DNA of 64,000 nucleotides, from contig OZ251992.1 of NCBI GenBank assembly GCA_965246885.1, forward strand, positions 2,432,001 to 2,496,000. The letters are read 5' to 3'. Both the position numbers and the translations under genes were made by a program. Of the stretch, positions 28,868 to 38,830 are shown piece after piece (the stretch's first letter is position 1; every line of letters begins with the position of its first letter). The notes under the pieces were generated by a model. That model was given only the letters and a program-made list of their open reading frames with translations, was not told the DNA's origin and searched no databases. Source of the DNA: Abditibacterium sp. Its GTDB lineage: Bacteria; Armatimonadota; Abditibacteriia; Abditibacteriales; Abditibacteriaceae.

Positions 28868-28996
28868 ATGGCCCAGTCTAACCAGCGCCCATTTTTCGGA
28901 TAATTGAATAGCTTTAACTTTTAAGTTTTCGTCTCTTCCTTCAAAGGCAGTTCCGTTGCCTTTGTCAACGGCTCAGGCTGACCCACCATTTCGCCC

Positions 28997-30286
28997 ATGA
29001 TTTCTTCCCAACCTGACCCTTGGCCCTCCACCGCGCTACGCGGCACCATCGTTGAATCGCGCCCCGTTTTCAACGGTGCGCGCGTCTTGGTTTCTGGTGG
29101 CAACGGCTTCGTCGGCGGCCACCTGTGCCGTGCCTTGCACGCGGCGGGCGCGCACGTTGTCGCACTCGATATAGATTTCTCCCCCGCGCGCGGAACCCAA
29201 CTCGACCTAACCGGCTTGCGCGATGAAATCGAACTGGTCGAAGCCGACGTCTGCGACCGGCGCGCAATGGCGCAACTCATCACCGGCGGCGGCTTCTCGC
29301 ACATCTTCCACCTCGCGGCGGGCGCTTCCACCATCGAACGCGCCCTTGTTGACCCTTATGGCACTATCGTGGCGAACACGATGGGGTTCGTCAATCTTGC
29401 CGAAGGCGCCCGCCTCGTGTGCGCCGAAAGACGCCCCACCGTCATCTACGCTTCCACCGACAAGGTCTACGGCGACTGCGCGACCCTGCCATACACCGAA
29501 GACACCGAACTCAACGGCGTTGGCATCTACGACGCTTCCAAGCTGTGCGCCGACATCCTCGCCAAGACCTACTTCCGCGCCCTCGGTGTTCCCACGGTTG
29601 TGCTGCGAATGTGCAACATCTTCGGCCCCTACGACCTCAACTGCGACTACCGCTTGTTCCCCAAAGCGATGCGCAACATCTTCCGCGACGGCGAAGCGCC
29701 CGAACTGTATATGAACTCGATGGAGCACTTCCGCGATTACCTGTTCGTGGAAGACGCCATCCGCGCTTATTTCCACCTTGCGCGCGAGCCGAAGTGCCAA
29801 GGCCGCGTTTACAACCTGCCCGGCGCGCGCTACGTCTCGACGCCCGACGTTTTGCGCGACATCGTGAACCTCGTCGGCGAGTTCCAAACGCGCGCCGCCC
29901 CCGACTCCATGCTGGCCCGCCACAAGTGGAGCCGCTCCATCCGCGTTGTGCCCAGCGACCCCAAGCTCGTCACCATTTCCAAGCAGCACCTCGACGGAAG
30001 CCGCATCGAAGCGGAAACCGGCTTCGCGCCCCTCATCGGATTCAAAGCGGGAGTCGAGGCGACCGCGCAGTTTTACCTCTGGTACTTCAAAGAAATCGCG
30101 CCCGCCACGTGCCCCTGCCCCGCCATTGATGCGGTGCTTCCGGCCAGAAATGCGGAGCCGCCCTCGCCATTCGCCGACGAAGTAGAAGCCCAAACCATCT
30201 TGCCCCGCGTTCGCGTATCTAAACGAAAGGGCGAAGCGGGGCCGGTGCGTCCGCGCTCCTTTGTGCGTAGGGAGACGCTGGCTTAA
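28997..30286 (+). CDS. NDP-sugar 4,6-dehydratase-like extended SDR
   Basis: GGNGFVG, ASTDKVY, YDASK. Confidence 0.85.
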   Translation: MISSQPDPWPSTALRGTIVESRPVFNGARVLVSGGNGFVGGHLCRALHAAGAHVVALDIDFSPARGTQLDLTGLRDEIELVEADVCDRRAMAQLITGGGFSHIFHLAAGASTIERALVDPYGTIVANTMGFVNLAEGARLVCAERRPTVIYASTDKVYGDCATLPYTEDTELNGVGIYDASKLCADILAKTYFRALGVPTVVLRMCNIFGPYDLNCDYRLFPKAMRNIFRDGEAPELYMNSMEHFRDYLFVEDAIRAYFHLAREPKCQGRVYNLPGARYVSTPDVLRDIVNLVGEFQTRAAPDSMLARHKWSRSIRVVPSDPKLVTISKQHLDGSRIEAETGFAPLIGFKAGVEATAQFYLWYFKEIAPATCPCPAIDAVLPARNAEPPSPFADEVEAQTILPRVRVSKRKGEAGPVRPRSFVRRETLA

Positions 30287-31249
30287 ATGAACTGGCACGG
30301 CAAACGCGCTCTTGTTCTCGGCGCCACCGGCTTTTGCGGCGCTCATTTGTGCGCCGAACTGCGCGAACGCGGCGCCCACGTCACGGTCTACGACCGCCGC
30401 GAACCGGCGCCCTGTGCTGGCGTTGGCTTCGAGCGCGGCGACATCCTCGACTTTTCGGCGCTCCGCCTGACACTCGAACGGGTGCAACCGGAGTGGGTGT
30501 TTCACCTCGCGGCGCAGGCCATCGTCGGCACGTCCGTCGCGCTGCCCTTGGAAACCATGCACGCCAACGTCGTTGGGACTTACCACGTCTGCGAAGCGAT
30601 CCGGCTTTCTTCCATGCGCCCGAAGATGATCTTCGCGTCGAGCGGCGCCTTTTATGGCGCCACCAACGCGGGCGAACCCATCAGCGAAGATGACGCCGCG
30701 CTCGCCGCCAGCAACATCTACGCGCCCACCAAAGCCGCCGCCGACCTCGCCGTGCGCTCCTACGCCAAGACGTACGACCTCCCGTTTGCCGTGTGCCGAT
30801 GGATGAACACCTACGGCGAGGGAGATACCAATTTATCCCGTGTCGTGCCCGCCACGTTTCGCCGCGCGAGCGTCGGCCTGCCCGGACTTATCAGCGCAAC
30901 AGACGGGAGCAACGTCCTCGAGTTGCTGCATGTGCGCGACATGACGCGCGCTTACCTGCGCGTCGCCGAAGAAATCGAGCGCCCCGACGTGCGCGGCGCG
31001 GCGTTCAACTTCGGCGGCGGCCAGCCGCTCATCTTGAAGGAGTTAGTCGCCCAAATTACGGGCGCGTGGAACGAAGCGACCGGGCAAAACGTGCCTGTAG
31101 AGCCGGAGATTTTAGGCCCGCGCGTCGCGTCCGCCAAGTATCTCGACATCTGCAAAGCCAAGCGGCTGTTGGGTTGGCGACCAGAAGTCGCGCTTGACGA
31201 GGGGTTGCGCACGGCAGCGCTCTGGTACGCGCGCCACTTCGCAGGGTAA
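30287..31249 (+). CDS. NDP-sugar epimerase/reductase-like extended SDR
   Basis: GATGFCG, HLAAQ, YAPTK; starts directly after the upstream stop. Confidence 0.85.
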   Translation: MNWHGKRALVLGATGFCGAHLCAELRERGAHVTVYDRREPAPCAGVGFERGDILDFSALRLTLERVQPEWVFHLAAQAIVGTSVALPLETMHANVVGTYHVCEAIRLSSMRPKMIFASSGAFYGATNAGEPISEDDAALAASNIYAPTKAAADLAVRSYAKTYDLPFAVCRWMNTYGEGDTNLSRVVPATFRRASVGLPGLISATDGSNVLELLHVRDMTRAYLRVAEEIERPDVRGAAFNFGGGQPLILKELVAQITGAWNEATGQNVPVEPEILGPRVASAKYLDICKAKRLLGWRPEVALDEGLRTAALWYARHFAG

Positions 31250-31262
31250 GCCCTCATCCCCG

Positions 31263-31297
31263 CAAACAAAACAGCCCCTCACGCATGTAAGGGGCTG
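31263..31297 (-). terminator. Terminator downstream of tRNA
   Basis: cagcccct..aggggctg hairpin followed by ttttgtttg on the minus strand. Confidence 0.7.
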
Positions 31298-31304
31298 ATT
31301 AGAC

Positions 31305-31378
31305 TGGCGGGAACAGGATTCGAACCTGTGACCTCAAGGTTATGAGCCTTGCGAGCTACCGGGCTGCTCCATCCCGCG
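31305..31378 (-). tRNA. Initiator tRNA-fMet (CAT)
   Basis: cgcgggatggagcagcccggtagctcgcaaggctCATaaccttgaggtcacaggttcgaatcctgttcccgcca; unpaired C1/C72; CCA not encoded. Confidence 0.95.
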
Positions 31379-31411
31379 ATGGATGTGGGTGCTTCTGGCG
31401 AAGCACTTCAA

Positions 31412-31440
31412 AATATACCGCGAAACGAAGCGCTTGTCAA
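31412..31440 (-). promoter_or_regulatory. Sigma-70 promoter of tRNA-fMet
   Basis: TTGACA-N17-TATATT. Confidence 0.75.
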
Positions 31441-31452
31441 GGCGGCGCGCTT

Positions 31453-32439
31453 CTATTTGTTGACCATCCCCATCATCGCTTCGGGATAGCGCGTGCCTGC
31501 CGCGACGCCGTGCGGCGCGATCTCTTCGATTTGCTCCAAGTCTTCGGGCGAGAGCGTCACGTCCAAAGCGGCCCTGTTCTCTTCCAAACGCGCCACCCTC
31601 TTGGTGCCGGGAATGGGCACGACGTCCTGCCCTTGGGCCAAAATCCACGCGAGCGCCAGTTGCGCCGGGGTGCAACCGCGCGTCTGGGCCATCTCCTCGA
31701 TGCGCGCGACCAGCCGCAAGTTCTTCTCGAAGTTCTCGCCTTGAAAGCGCGGCGAGTTGCGGCGGTAGTCGTCCGGCTCGAAGTCCTCGAACGACTTAAT
31801 CTGCCCCGTCAAAAAGCCCCGGCCCAATGGCGAATACGCGACCAGCGCGATGCCAAGCTCACGCAGGACAGGCAGCACGTCGTCTTCCAACTCGCGCGTC
31901 CACAGCGAATACTCGCTTTGTAGCGCCGCGATGGGATGCGTCCGATGGGCGCGGCGAACCGTCTTGGCGCCCGCTTCGCTTAACCCCAAAAAGCGCACCT
32001 TGCCCTCGGCAACCAACTCGCCCATCGCGCCGACCGTTTCCTCGATGGGAACTTGCGGGTCAACGCGGTGCTGGTAATACAGGTCTATGTGGTCGGTTGC
32101 CAAACGTTTGAGGCTCGCCTCGCACGCCGAGCGCACGTATTCGGGACGCCCCGATATGCCGCGCACCTTGGGGTCGTTGGGGTCGCGCACGATGCCGAAC
32201 TTCGTCGCCAGCACCACCTCGCCGCGCCGCCCTTGCAGCGCGCGCGCCACCAATTCCTCGTTGGTATACGGCCCGTACATGTCCGCCGTGTCCCAAAAAT
32301 TGAGGCCCAACTCCAGCGACCGCTCCAGCGTGCGTAGCGACTGCGCGTCGTCGCGCGTGCCGTAGAAGTCGCTCATTCCCATACAGCCCAACCCCATCGC
32401 CGAAACGGTCAACCCCTGTCCTAAAGTGCGTATTTGCAT
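31453..32439 (-). CDS. Aldo/keto reductase
   Basis: [40 protein letters not shown]. Confidence 0.95.
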   Translation of the reverse strand: MQIRTLGQGLTVSAMGLGCMGMSDFYGTRDDAQSLRTLERSLELGLNFWDTADMYGPYTNEELVARALQGRRGEVVLATKFGIVRDPNDPKVRGISGRPEYVRSACEASLKRLATDHIDLYYQHRVDPQVPIEETVGAMGELVAEGKVRFLGLSEAGAKTVRRAHRTHPIAALQSEYSLWTRELEDDVLPVLRELGIALVAYSPLGRGFLTGQIKSFEDFEPDDYRRNSPRFQGENFEKNLRLVARIEEMAQTRGCTPAQLALAWILAQGQDVVPIPGTKRVARLEENRAALDVTLSPEDLEQIEEIAPHGVAAGTRYPEAMMGMVNK

Positions 32440-32460
32440 AACGGTTCCTCCTGCCCTGCT

Positions 32461-34236
32461 CTAACCCGACCTTCCAACAATATCCGCGCCAAAGACGCTT
32501 TGCGCGTAGCCGACCAAATCGCCGTTGCCGTCGCCGCCAAAGTCGTCGTCATCATCGTCGTCTGTGGCTGCTTCCTCGACCGATTCCTGCTTCTTTTCCG
32601 GCGGCGCCGCGAGCACGAACTTGAGATGGCGCGGCTTGTCGAGCGTCGAATTGATGACTTCCTCGAACGGCATCCGGCCCAAGGCGTCGGTCGCTTTGGC
32701 GTGGTGGAACTCTTTGGAGAACTGGAGCACTACTGTGTCCGGCGTGAAGTCGAAGGGTTGCGCGTCGGCCAGATACGACACGGCGGGAATCGAAATCTTT
32801 TTGCGCACGCGCATCAGCACGGCGGGCCACAATTCCACCAACTCCTCAAAGTTAGAAATGCGCCGTCCCGCTTTCTTGGCCGCTTTGCTGGGCGCAGCGT
32901 TAGTTTCGGCAACTACGGATACGGGCGCCTCTTCCACCGGTACGGGCGCTTCTTGCGCTGGGGTGGGCGCTTTTTCCACCGGTACAGGCGCTTCTTCCGC
33001 CGGTACAATTTGCTCTTCCAATTGTACCGGCGAATCGCCCACCGGCATCATTGGTTCGCTCGTTTGCACCGGTGCAACGCCCATTTTCTCGCGCCAATTG
33101 GGGCGCGGCGCGCTTTGCGCTTGCGGCGCGGCTTGGGTCGAAGCGACCGAGAAGTGCCCCTCACTCGCTCGCACCAAGCAGAGTTCGAGCAGCAAACGGT
33201 GATCGGTCGAGGAGCGCATCTCCTTTTCGGTTTCGCGCAGAAGGGTCAGGAATCCCTCCAACTTGGCGCGTCCCATGCCCTTGCCGTGCCGCGCGTGCGC
33301 CGCGACCTCGTCGGGCGATAAGTCGGCGGGGAGGGGGAAGCCCACGCTTTGCATGAGCAAGTCGCGCGTGTAGGCCGTCAAATCACGCGCCAATTGGCCG
33401 AAACTGGCGCCTTCGTCCACCGCCCGCTCGACCAACTCCAGCGCCGCGTGCGCGTCGCCATTCGCTACGCCGTCCATCAAGCCGAACAAAAGTTCCTGCG
33501 GGACGCCGCCAAGCACGAGACGCACGTCCGCCGCGCTGATTTCGTCGCCCGAAAATGCGCTGACTTGCTCCAAGAGCGTGAGCGCGTCGCGCAAAGCCCC
33601 GTCCGCGTGGCGGGCAATTAACTTGGCCGCTTCGGGCTGCAAGACCATGTGCTCGCACTCCGCGACATGTTGCAGCCTCTTGGCGATATCGGGCGGCGTC
33701 ACCCGCCGGAAGTCGAACCTCTGGCATCGGGAAAGAACAGTCGCAGGGACTTTATGAGTTTCCGTTGTGGCCAAGACGAAAACAGCGTGCGCGGGCGGTT
33801 CTTCCAACGTCTTTAACAGCGCATTGAAGGCGTTGTTGGACAACATATGAACTTCGTCGATTATGAATATCTTATAGCGACCTTGCGCGGGCATCGAGCC
33901 GACGTTATCAATGATAGCTTCGCGGATGTTGTCCACGCCGGTGTTGGACGCCGCGTCTATCTCGGTTAAGTCCATTACCGGCTGGTTTTGGGCGACGCGG
34001 GTGCAAAAGTCGCACGCATTGCAAGGCGTGGGCGTGGGGCCTTGCTCGCAATTGAGGCACTTGGCAAGGAGGCGGGCGTTAGTGGTTTTGCCGATGCCGC
34101 GCGGCCCGGTGAACAGGTAAGCGTGCGCCACGCGCGGCGGAACGGCGGTCAGGGCGTTGCGCAGCGTGCGCGCAACGTGTTCCTGACCGACGACATCTTC
34201 AAAAGTTTGGGGGCGATACTTGCGGTAGAGACTCAT
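32461..34236 (-). CDS. dnaX: DNA polymerase III subunit gamma/tau
   Basis: LYRKYRPQTF, GPRGIGKTT, Zn-Cys cluster, DEVHML, SRCQRF. Confidence 0.96.
   Translation of the reverse strand: MSLYRKYRPQTFEDVVGQEHVARTLRNALTAVPPRVAHAYLFTGPRGIGKTTNARLLAKCLNCEQGPTPTPCNACDFCTRVAQNQPVMDLTEIDAASNTGVDNIREAIIDNVGSMPAQGRYKIFIIDEVHMLSNNAFNALLKTLEEPPAHAVFVLATTETHKVPATVLSRCQRFDFRRVTPPDIAKRLQHVAECEHMVLQPEAAKLIARHADGALRDALTLLEQVSAFSGDEISAADVRLVLGGVPQELLFGLMDGVANGDAHAALELVERAVDEGASFGQLARDLTAYTRDLLMQSVGFPLPADLSPDEVAAHARHGKGMGRAKLEGFLTLLRETEKEMRSSTDHRLLLELCLVRASEGHFSVASTQAAPQAQSAPRPNWREKMGVAPVQTSEPMMPVGDSPVQLEEQIVPAEEAPVPVEKAPTPAQEAPVPVEEAPVSVVAETNAAPSKAAKKAGRRISNFEELVELWPAVLMRVRKKISIPAVSYLADAQPFDFTPDTVVLQFSKEFHHAKATDALGRMPFEEVINSTLDKPRHLKFVLAAPPEKKQESVEEAATDDDDDDDFGGDGNGDLVGYAQSVFGADIVGRSG
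32920..33045 (-). repeat. In-frame 21-bp (7-aa) tandem repeat in the dnaX linker
   Basis: tacgggcgcctcttccaccgg-like units x6, encoding EEAPVPV-like heptads. Confidence 0.75.
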
Positions 34237-34251
34237 GGCGGACGCGGAAGT

Positions 34252-34986
34252 TTAAAGACGCAGTTCATCGTAGCGGGTCGCCTTTACCCGCCATTTCTGG
34301 AAAAGTTCCGGCAGGCGCGGGTCAAGCAGCAAGCGCCGCTCCGCGTCCCGCTCCTGCGCCACAACGCCCGCTTTGCCTCCCGCCAAGTAGAAGGCGTTCA
34401 TGTCGGGCGCCACCTTGCCGGGGTGCGTCACCCAGACGTAGCGCTCGCCCATCGCCGCCTTTAAGCGCGCTTCGAGCGTGTCGCCGTCAGGGAGGGACGG
34501 AACGGCGGCGGCATCCAATAGCCCGTGCAAACTGCACAAGCCCGCGATGGCGCCGCGCAGGTCGGGGGAAATCCAACTGACGCCCATGTGTTCGTCCACA
34601 TAGGAGACGTTCAAACCGAGTTCGCGGAGCCTCCGTCGTTGTGCGAACACCTCCCAGCCAAAGTCGAACGCTTTGCCGTCCAACGTCGCCTTGGTGTCGC
34701 TCGGAAAAGCCAGAAAGTCGCCGTTGCCGTCGCATAATTTCGGGTCTTCGGTGAGCGGCTTCCACTTTACCGCTTCCCATTCGGCGTTGAGGCAGACGTG
34801 TAGGCCGTAAGCGATGTCGTCGCGCCCGCCGAGCAGTTCGGCGGCGTGCTCGATGGCGGGGCCGACGGCCATGAAGCTGACGTTTTTTATAATGCCCGCT
34901 TCGACACATTCGAGGATGGCCTCGTTCGCGGAGCGGCAGCCGCCCGCGTCGTCGGCGCGGGTGACTAAGTGGATGCGGGGTTTCAT
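34252..34986 (-). CDS. ChbG/HpnK (YdjC) family deacetylase
   Basis: TRADDAG, GLHVCL, YVDEHM, VTHPG. Confidence 0.85.
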   Translation of the reverse strand: MKPRIHLVTRADDAGGCRSANEAILECVEAGIIKNVSFMAVGPAIEHAAELLGGRDDIAYGLHVCLNAEWEAVKWKPLTEDPKLCDGNGDFLAFPSDTKATLDGKAFDFGWEVFAQRRRLRELGLNVSYVDEHMGVSWISPDLRGAIAGLCSLHGLLDAAAVPSLPDGDTLEARLKAAMGERYVWVTHPGKVAPDMNAFYLAGGKAGVVAQERDAERRLLLDPRLPELFQKWRVKATRYDELRL

Positions 34987-35870
34987 CGGTGCGGCCTCAC
35001 ATCTCGGTCGGGCCATTGCAAGCCGGTCAAGCGGTCGTAGGCTTCCACATATTTCGCGCGTGTCCGCCCAACGACTTCGGGCGGCAAGTCCGGCCCCGGC
35101 GCGCTTTTGTCCCAAGGGAGAGTTAGCAGATAATCGCGCACGAACTGCTTGTCGAAGGAAGCTTGCGCGCGGCCCGCTTCGTAGGTTTGCGCGTCCCAGT
35201 AGCGCGAACTGTCGGGCGTGGCCATTTCGTCCACGACCAACAAGTCGCCGTCCGCTTCGCCGAACTCGAACTTGGTATCCGCCAGAATTAAACCGCGCTC
35301 CGAGGCGAACGCCGCGACCCATTCATACAAGGCGAGCGAGGCTTCGCGCACGGCATAGGCTTTGTCCGCGCCCAAGATGGCGACGGTCTGCTCCCACGTG
35401 ATGGCCTCGTCGTGTGCGCCGATGGGCGCTTTGGTTGTGGGCGTAAATATCGGCGCGGGCAACTTGTCCGACTCGCGCAGGTTGGGTGGCAAAGAGACGC
35501 CGCACACCTCGCCGCTTTGTTGATATTGCGTCCACCCGCTTCCCGACAAGTAGCCGCGCACCACGCACTCGACCGGCAATACGCGCGCTTTGCGGCACAG
35601 CATCGCCCGCCCGTCCCAATCGTTGGCCAGCCCAAACGAGCGGAGCGGTTCGGGGAAGTCGTTGACGCGGTGCAGGAGCAGATGATTGTCCACGATGTGC
35701 GAGGTACGCGCGAACCAGAAGACGGACAGCGTGGACAAAATCCGCCCTTTGTCGGGAACGGGCGAGGGCAACACGACATCAAACGCCGACACGCGGTCGG
35801 ACGCCACGAGAACGAGGTTGTCGCCCGCGTCAAAGAGTTCGCGGACTTTGCCGGAGGAAAGGGGCTGCAT
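34983..35870 (-). CDS. purC: SAICAR synthetase
   Basis: SGKVRELF, SDRVSAFD, ADTKFEFG, TPDSSRYW, DKQFVRD. Confidence 0.96.
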   Translation of the reverse strand: MQPLSSGKVRELFDAGDNLVLVASDRVSAFDVVLPSPVPDKGRILSTLSVFWFARTSHIVDNHLLLHRVNDFPEPLRSFGLANDWDGRAMLCRKARVLPVECVVRGYLSGSGWTQYQQSGEVCGVSLPPNLRESDKLPAPIFTPTTKAPIGAHDEAITWEQTVAILGADKAYAVREASLALYEWVAAFASERGLILADTKFEFGEADGDLLVVDEMATPDSSRYWDAQTYEAGRAQASFDKQFVRDYLLTLPWDKSAPGPDLPPEVVGRTRAKYVEAYDRLTGLQWPDRDVRPHR

Positions 35871-36037
35871 AGAAGTAGTGAGTTTTAACGCGTGTTGCCC
35901 ACCTCCGCCCATTGTCACTCTGCAAGCAGGCATCGCTTCACCCCCGCCGCTTCTTGTTTACTCGCCAATGTCCTCACCCAGACGGTTTAAGGTCGAACAT
36001 CCGCTCGTTGGTGCTGCATGAGAATGCTATTGGTGTT

Positions 36038-37030
36038 TTACGCGACGAAGCCGATTTGTCTGAGTTCTTCGCGGGCGATTATGACGCTGTCTCGGCTGGT
36101 TTGCGGTGTGGCGCGCGTGGGGGCTTGGTTGTTCTGGATGCAGTCGAGGAGGTAGCCGAGTTCCGGGGCGTAGCCCATTGTGCCGTCGAAGTCGAAGCTG
36201 TGCTTTCCCTCCGGGGTGAACAGCGTCATCGCCTCGCCTTTTGAAGAATCCCAACTGAGCGTGCCGCGCTCGCCCATCACCTCGAAGGCCATGCGAAAGG
36301 GCAGCGCTTGCGCGTCCCAGCCGCCGTGCAACTGCACCTGCGGCCCGCCCTCGTAGTGCCACGTCGCGTCCACCTTGAGCGGGAAGCCGTCGCGGATGAC
36401 GCCTTCTGCCGCTATTGCATTGGGCGCGCCGAACCACCACAGCGCGGTGTCGATGTCGTGCACGTGCATGTCCAGCACCACCCCCCCGCTCTGCGCCCCA
36501 TCCATGAGCCACCCGCTCCACGTCGGCGCCCCGCTCGAACGGTGGAACCCCGCATACAACGGGCGCCCCAACGCGCCGCCGTCCAGTAGCTCCTTGGCCT
36601 TGACATACTGCGGCCAAAAGCGCAGACAGTGGCCAATGAGCAGGAACTTGCCGCTCCGCTCTTGCGCTTCGATAACGGCGTCGCACTCGCTCTCGTCCCA
36701 CGCCATTGGCTTCTCGCACAAGACGTGCTTGCCCGCGTCGAGCGCGGCAACCGTCGCCGCCGCGTGCCGCTTCGTCGGCAGGCAGAAGTCCACGAGGTGG
36801 ATGTCGGGGTTGTGGAGCAACTCGGCCATGTTCGCCGTCTGGTGGACGCCGCTCAGGTCGAGCGCGTTCTCGTTGGCGATGTTGCCCGCGACCTTCGTCT
36901 TCCCGCTCAGCTTGTCCGCGTTCTCGTCGCACACCGCCACGATTTGCGCTTTGGGATTCCCGGCGTAGCACCCCAAGTGCATCTGCCCCATCATGCCAAG
37001 GCCCACAACGGCCACGTTGATTTTGTCCAT
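36038..37030 (-). CDS. Gfo/Idh/MocA family sugar dehydrogenase
   Basis: VGLGMMG, HVLCEKP, DMHVHD. Confidence 0.9.
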   Translation of the reverse strand: MDKINVAVVGLGMMGQMHLGCYAGNPKAQIVAVCDENADKLSGKTKVAGNIANENALDLSGVHQTANMAELLHNPDIHLVDFCLPTKRHAAATVAALDAGKHVLCEKPMAWDESECDAVIEAQERSGKFLLIGHCLRFWPQYVKAKELLDGGALGRPLYAGFHRSSGAPTWSGWLMDGAQSGGVVLDMHVHDIDTALWWFGAPNAIAAEGVIRDGFPLKVDATWHYEGGPQVQLHGGWDAQALPFRMAFEVMGERGTLSWDSSKGEAMTLFTPEGKHSFDFDGTMGYAPELGYLLDCIQNNQAPTRATPQTSRDSVIIAREELRQIGFVA

Positions 37031-37032
37031 AG

Positions 37033-37896
37033 TCAAGCTCCCCTCACCGTGTTCCTCCCCTCCTCCATCACCTCATCCATCGCCCGCGAAATGGCGCCAA
37101 GGTCGCTCTCGCAATCGAAAAACTCCGCCGTCACCGGCCCGTTATACCCCACATGGCGCAGCGCCTGCATCACCGCCGCATAATCCGCGTCGCCTTCGCC
37201 CAACGCGCAAAAGCCCGCCAGCGTGCCGACCTCGCGCTGGAAATCCTTGAAGTGCACCCGCGCGATGCGCTTGCCCAAAATCTCCACCCACTGCTCCGGC
37301 AAGCCGCTTTGCAACACGTTGCCCACATCGAAGTAGCACCCCACGCGCGGGCTGTCCACCGCATCCACAAACGCCCGCATCTCCAACGGCGACAGCAAAA
37401 ACCCGTTCCACACGTTCTCCACTCCCAGCGTCACCCCCGCCTCCTCCGCCACTGGAGCAAGTTCCTTCAAGGCCGCAAGGCCGTTCTGGTAAGCCACCTC
37501 ATACGGCGTCACCACAAAGCCCGCAATGAAATCCGCAAACACCCCGCCCACGATACAAAGCACCGTGTCCACGCCCAGCGCCGCTGCGATATGGAGGGAA
37601 CGCCGGTAGATTTCGATGCCTCGCGCGCGAACCGAAGCGTCTTGCGCGGTCATGGGGCACTCCCATCCCATGCCGCACGCCAGACTGGACAGCGTGATGC
37701 CCGCGCTTTTTGCCTCTTCGAGCAACCGCGCGCAGTCGGCGGGCGTCGAGTCGGGGGTGACTTGGAAGGACAGGGGCGACCCGCTTTCTCCAACGGCGAC
37801 CTCGACGTGCGAGAAGCCGTTGGCGCGGGCCATTTGGAATATTTCGGAGGCGGGGCGTCCGGGCGAAAACGCCCACGCGGAAATGGATTTTTTCAT
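37033..37896 (-). CDS. Sugar phosphate isomerase/epimerase (xylose-isomerase-like TIM barrel)
   Basis: VENVWN, YFDVGN, HFKD and AEF metal ligands. Confidence 0.9.
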   Translation of the reverse strand: MKKSISAWAFSPGRPASEIFQMARANGFSHVEVAVGESGSPLSFQVTPDSTPADCARLLEEAKSAGITLSSLACGMGWECPMTAQDASVRARGIEIYRRSLHIAAALGVDTVLCIVGGVFADFIAGFVVTPYEVAYQNGLAALKELAPVAEEAGVTLGVENVWNGFLLSPLEMRAFVDAVDSPRVGCYFDVGNVLQSGLPEQWVEILGKRIARVHFKDFQREVGTLAGFCALGEGDADYAAVMQALRHVGYNGPVTAEFFDCESDLGAISRAMDEVMEEGRNTVRGA

Positions 37897-37903
37897 AAAG
37901 GTA

Positions 37904-38656
37904 TTAGCTCAACAGTTCTTTTAACAGGTCGTTTTGCGGGTGCGGGTGGCCGAGGTGCTGCTGAAACGCTTCGCCAAAAGCGGCGCCAATGAGGGCGCCC
38001 CGTTTGGCGCTCCAAGAGCGCATAGACTCGATGTAGTTGTCCATGCCGTGCTGCTTTTGGAGCCACGCGCGCTGCGAGTCGTGCGCGGCGAGCGCCTCAC
38101 CCTTGCGCTCGATTTGCGCGGAGATGTCTACCACAACGGAAAAGCGCGCGGCCCCGCCGAAGATGTCGTGCCCACCGATGGCGTCGGCGTAGTAGAGATG
38201 CGGCACAGCTTCGATTGGCGGCGCTTTGGACTCGGCGGGATAGTTGGGGCATCCCGCGTTGAAGCAAGCGTCGCGCACCAGTTGCCAGGTGATCTCGTGG
38301 TCGAACATATAATCGGCGGGCGGGGTGGTGAACACCAGCGAGGGGTTCACGTCGCGCAATAGCCCCGCGATGCGGCGGCGCGAGGGCACGTCGAAGCCGA
38401 TTTCCAAATCGGAAAACTCCAAACATCGGTAGCTGGCGGCGCCCAGAATATCGGCGGCGCGCTGTGCCTCTTTGCGGCGGATGGCGGCGATTTCGTGGCG
38501 CGGCAGGGTGGCCGACCCCTTGTCGCCGGGCGTCATCGTGGCGAGGTGAATCTCGTAGCCCCGCTCGACCAAACGCAGGAGCGTTCCGGCGCACAAAATC
38601 TCGATGTCGTCGGGGTGTGGCAACAGCGCCAAAACGCGCGTAGAAGTGGGTATCAT
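37904..38656 (-). CDS. PIG-L/LmbE family de-N-acetylase
   Basis: PHPDD, R..EA..A, DYMFDH, HDSQ, EAF. Confidence 0.9.
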   Translation of the reverse strand: MIPTSTRVLALLPHPDDIEILCAGTLLRLVERGYEIHLATMTPGDKGSATLPRHEIAAIRRKEAQRAADILGAASYRCLEFSDLEIGFDVPSRRRIAGLLRDVNPSLVFTTPPADYMFDHEITWQLVRDACFNAGCPNYPAESKAPPIEAVPHLYYADAIGGHDIFGGAARFSVVVDISAQIERKGEALAAHDSQRAWLQKQHGMDNYIESMRSWSAKRGALIGAAFGEAFQQHLGHPHPQNDLLKELLS

Positions 38657-38686
38657 GGTATAAGGCGTCCTCCGCCCGACTGCTCC

Positions 38687-38812
38687 GGGATGCGCGCCGC
38701 TGGTCGCGGGACGTCCGCCGACCAGTTCCAGACGTGCGTCAACGAGTGGCAGACGTGCGTCAACGAGTGGCAGACGTGCGTCAATTGCCCCCGGATGTCT
38801 GGGAGCGCGTCG
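38687..38812. repeat. Degenerate 21-bp tandem array C (6 units, two identical)
   Basis: cagacgtgcgtcaacgagtgg x2 plus degenerate flanking units. Confidence 0.85.
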
Positions 38813-38830
38813 CGGCGGCCTCTTCCTGCC

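Noticed and set aside
28868..28996. Lysine riboswitch upstream of lysA
   Set aside because: The region is too short and lacks L-box features; the promoter appears to abut the start codon
31305..31378. tRNA as an integration site for an island
   Set aside because: No integrase, and no duplicated tRNA 3' end was seen in the window
32461..34236. Programmed -1 frameshift in dnaX
   Set aside because: No A-AAA-AAG or long poly-A slippery site was noticed after domain III
38729..38791. Direct repeats as a mini CRISPR array
   Set aside because: Units are contiguous with no unique spacers, and there are no cas genes; the same holds for the other 21-bp arrays
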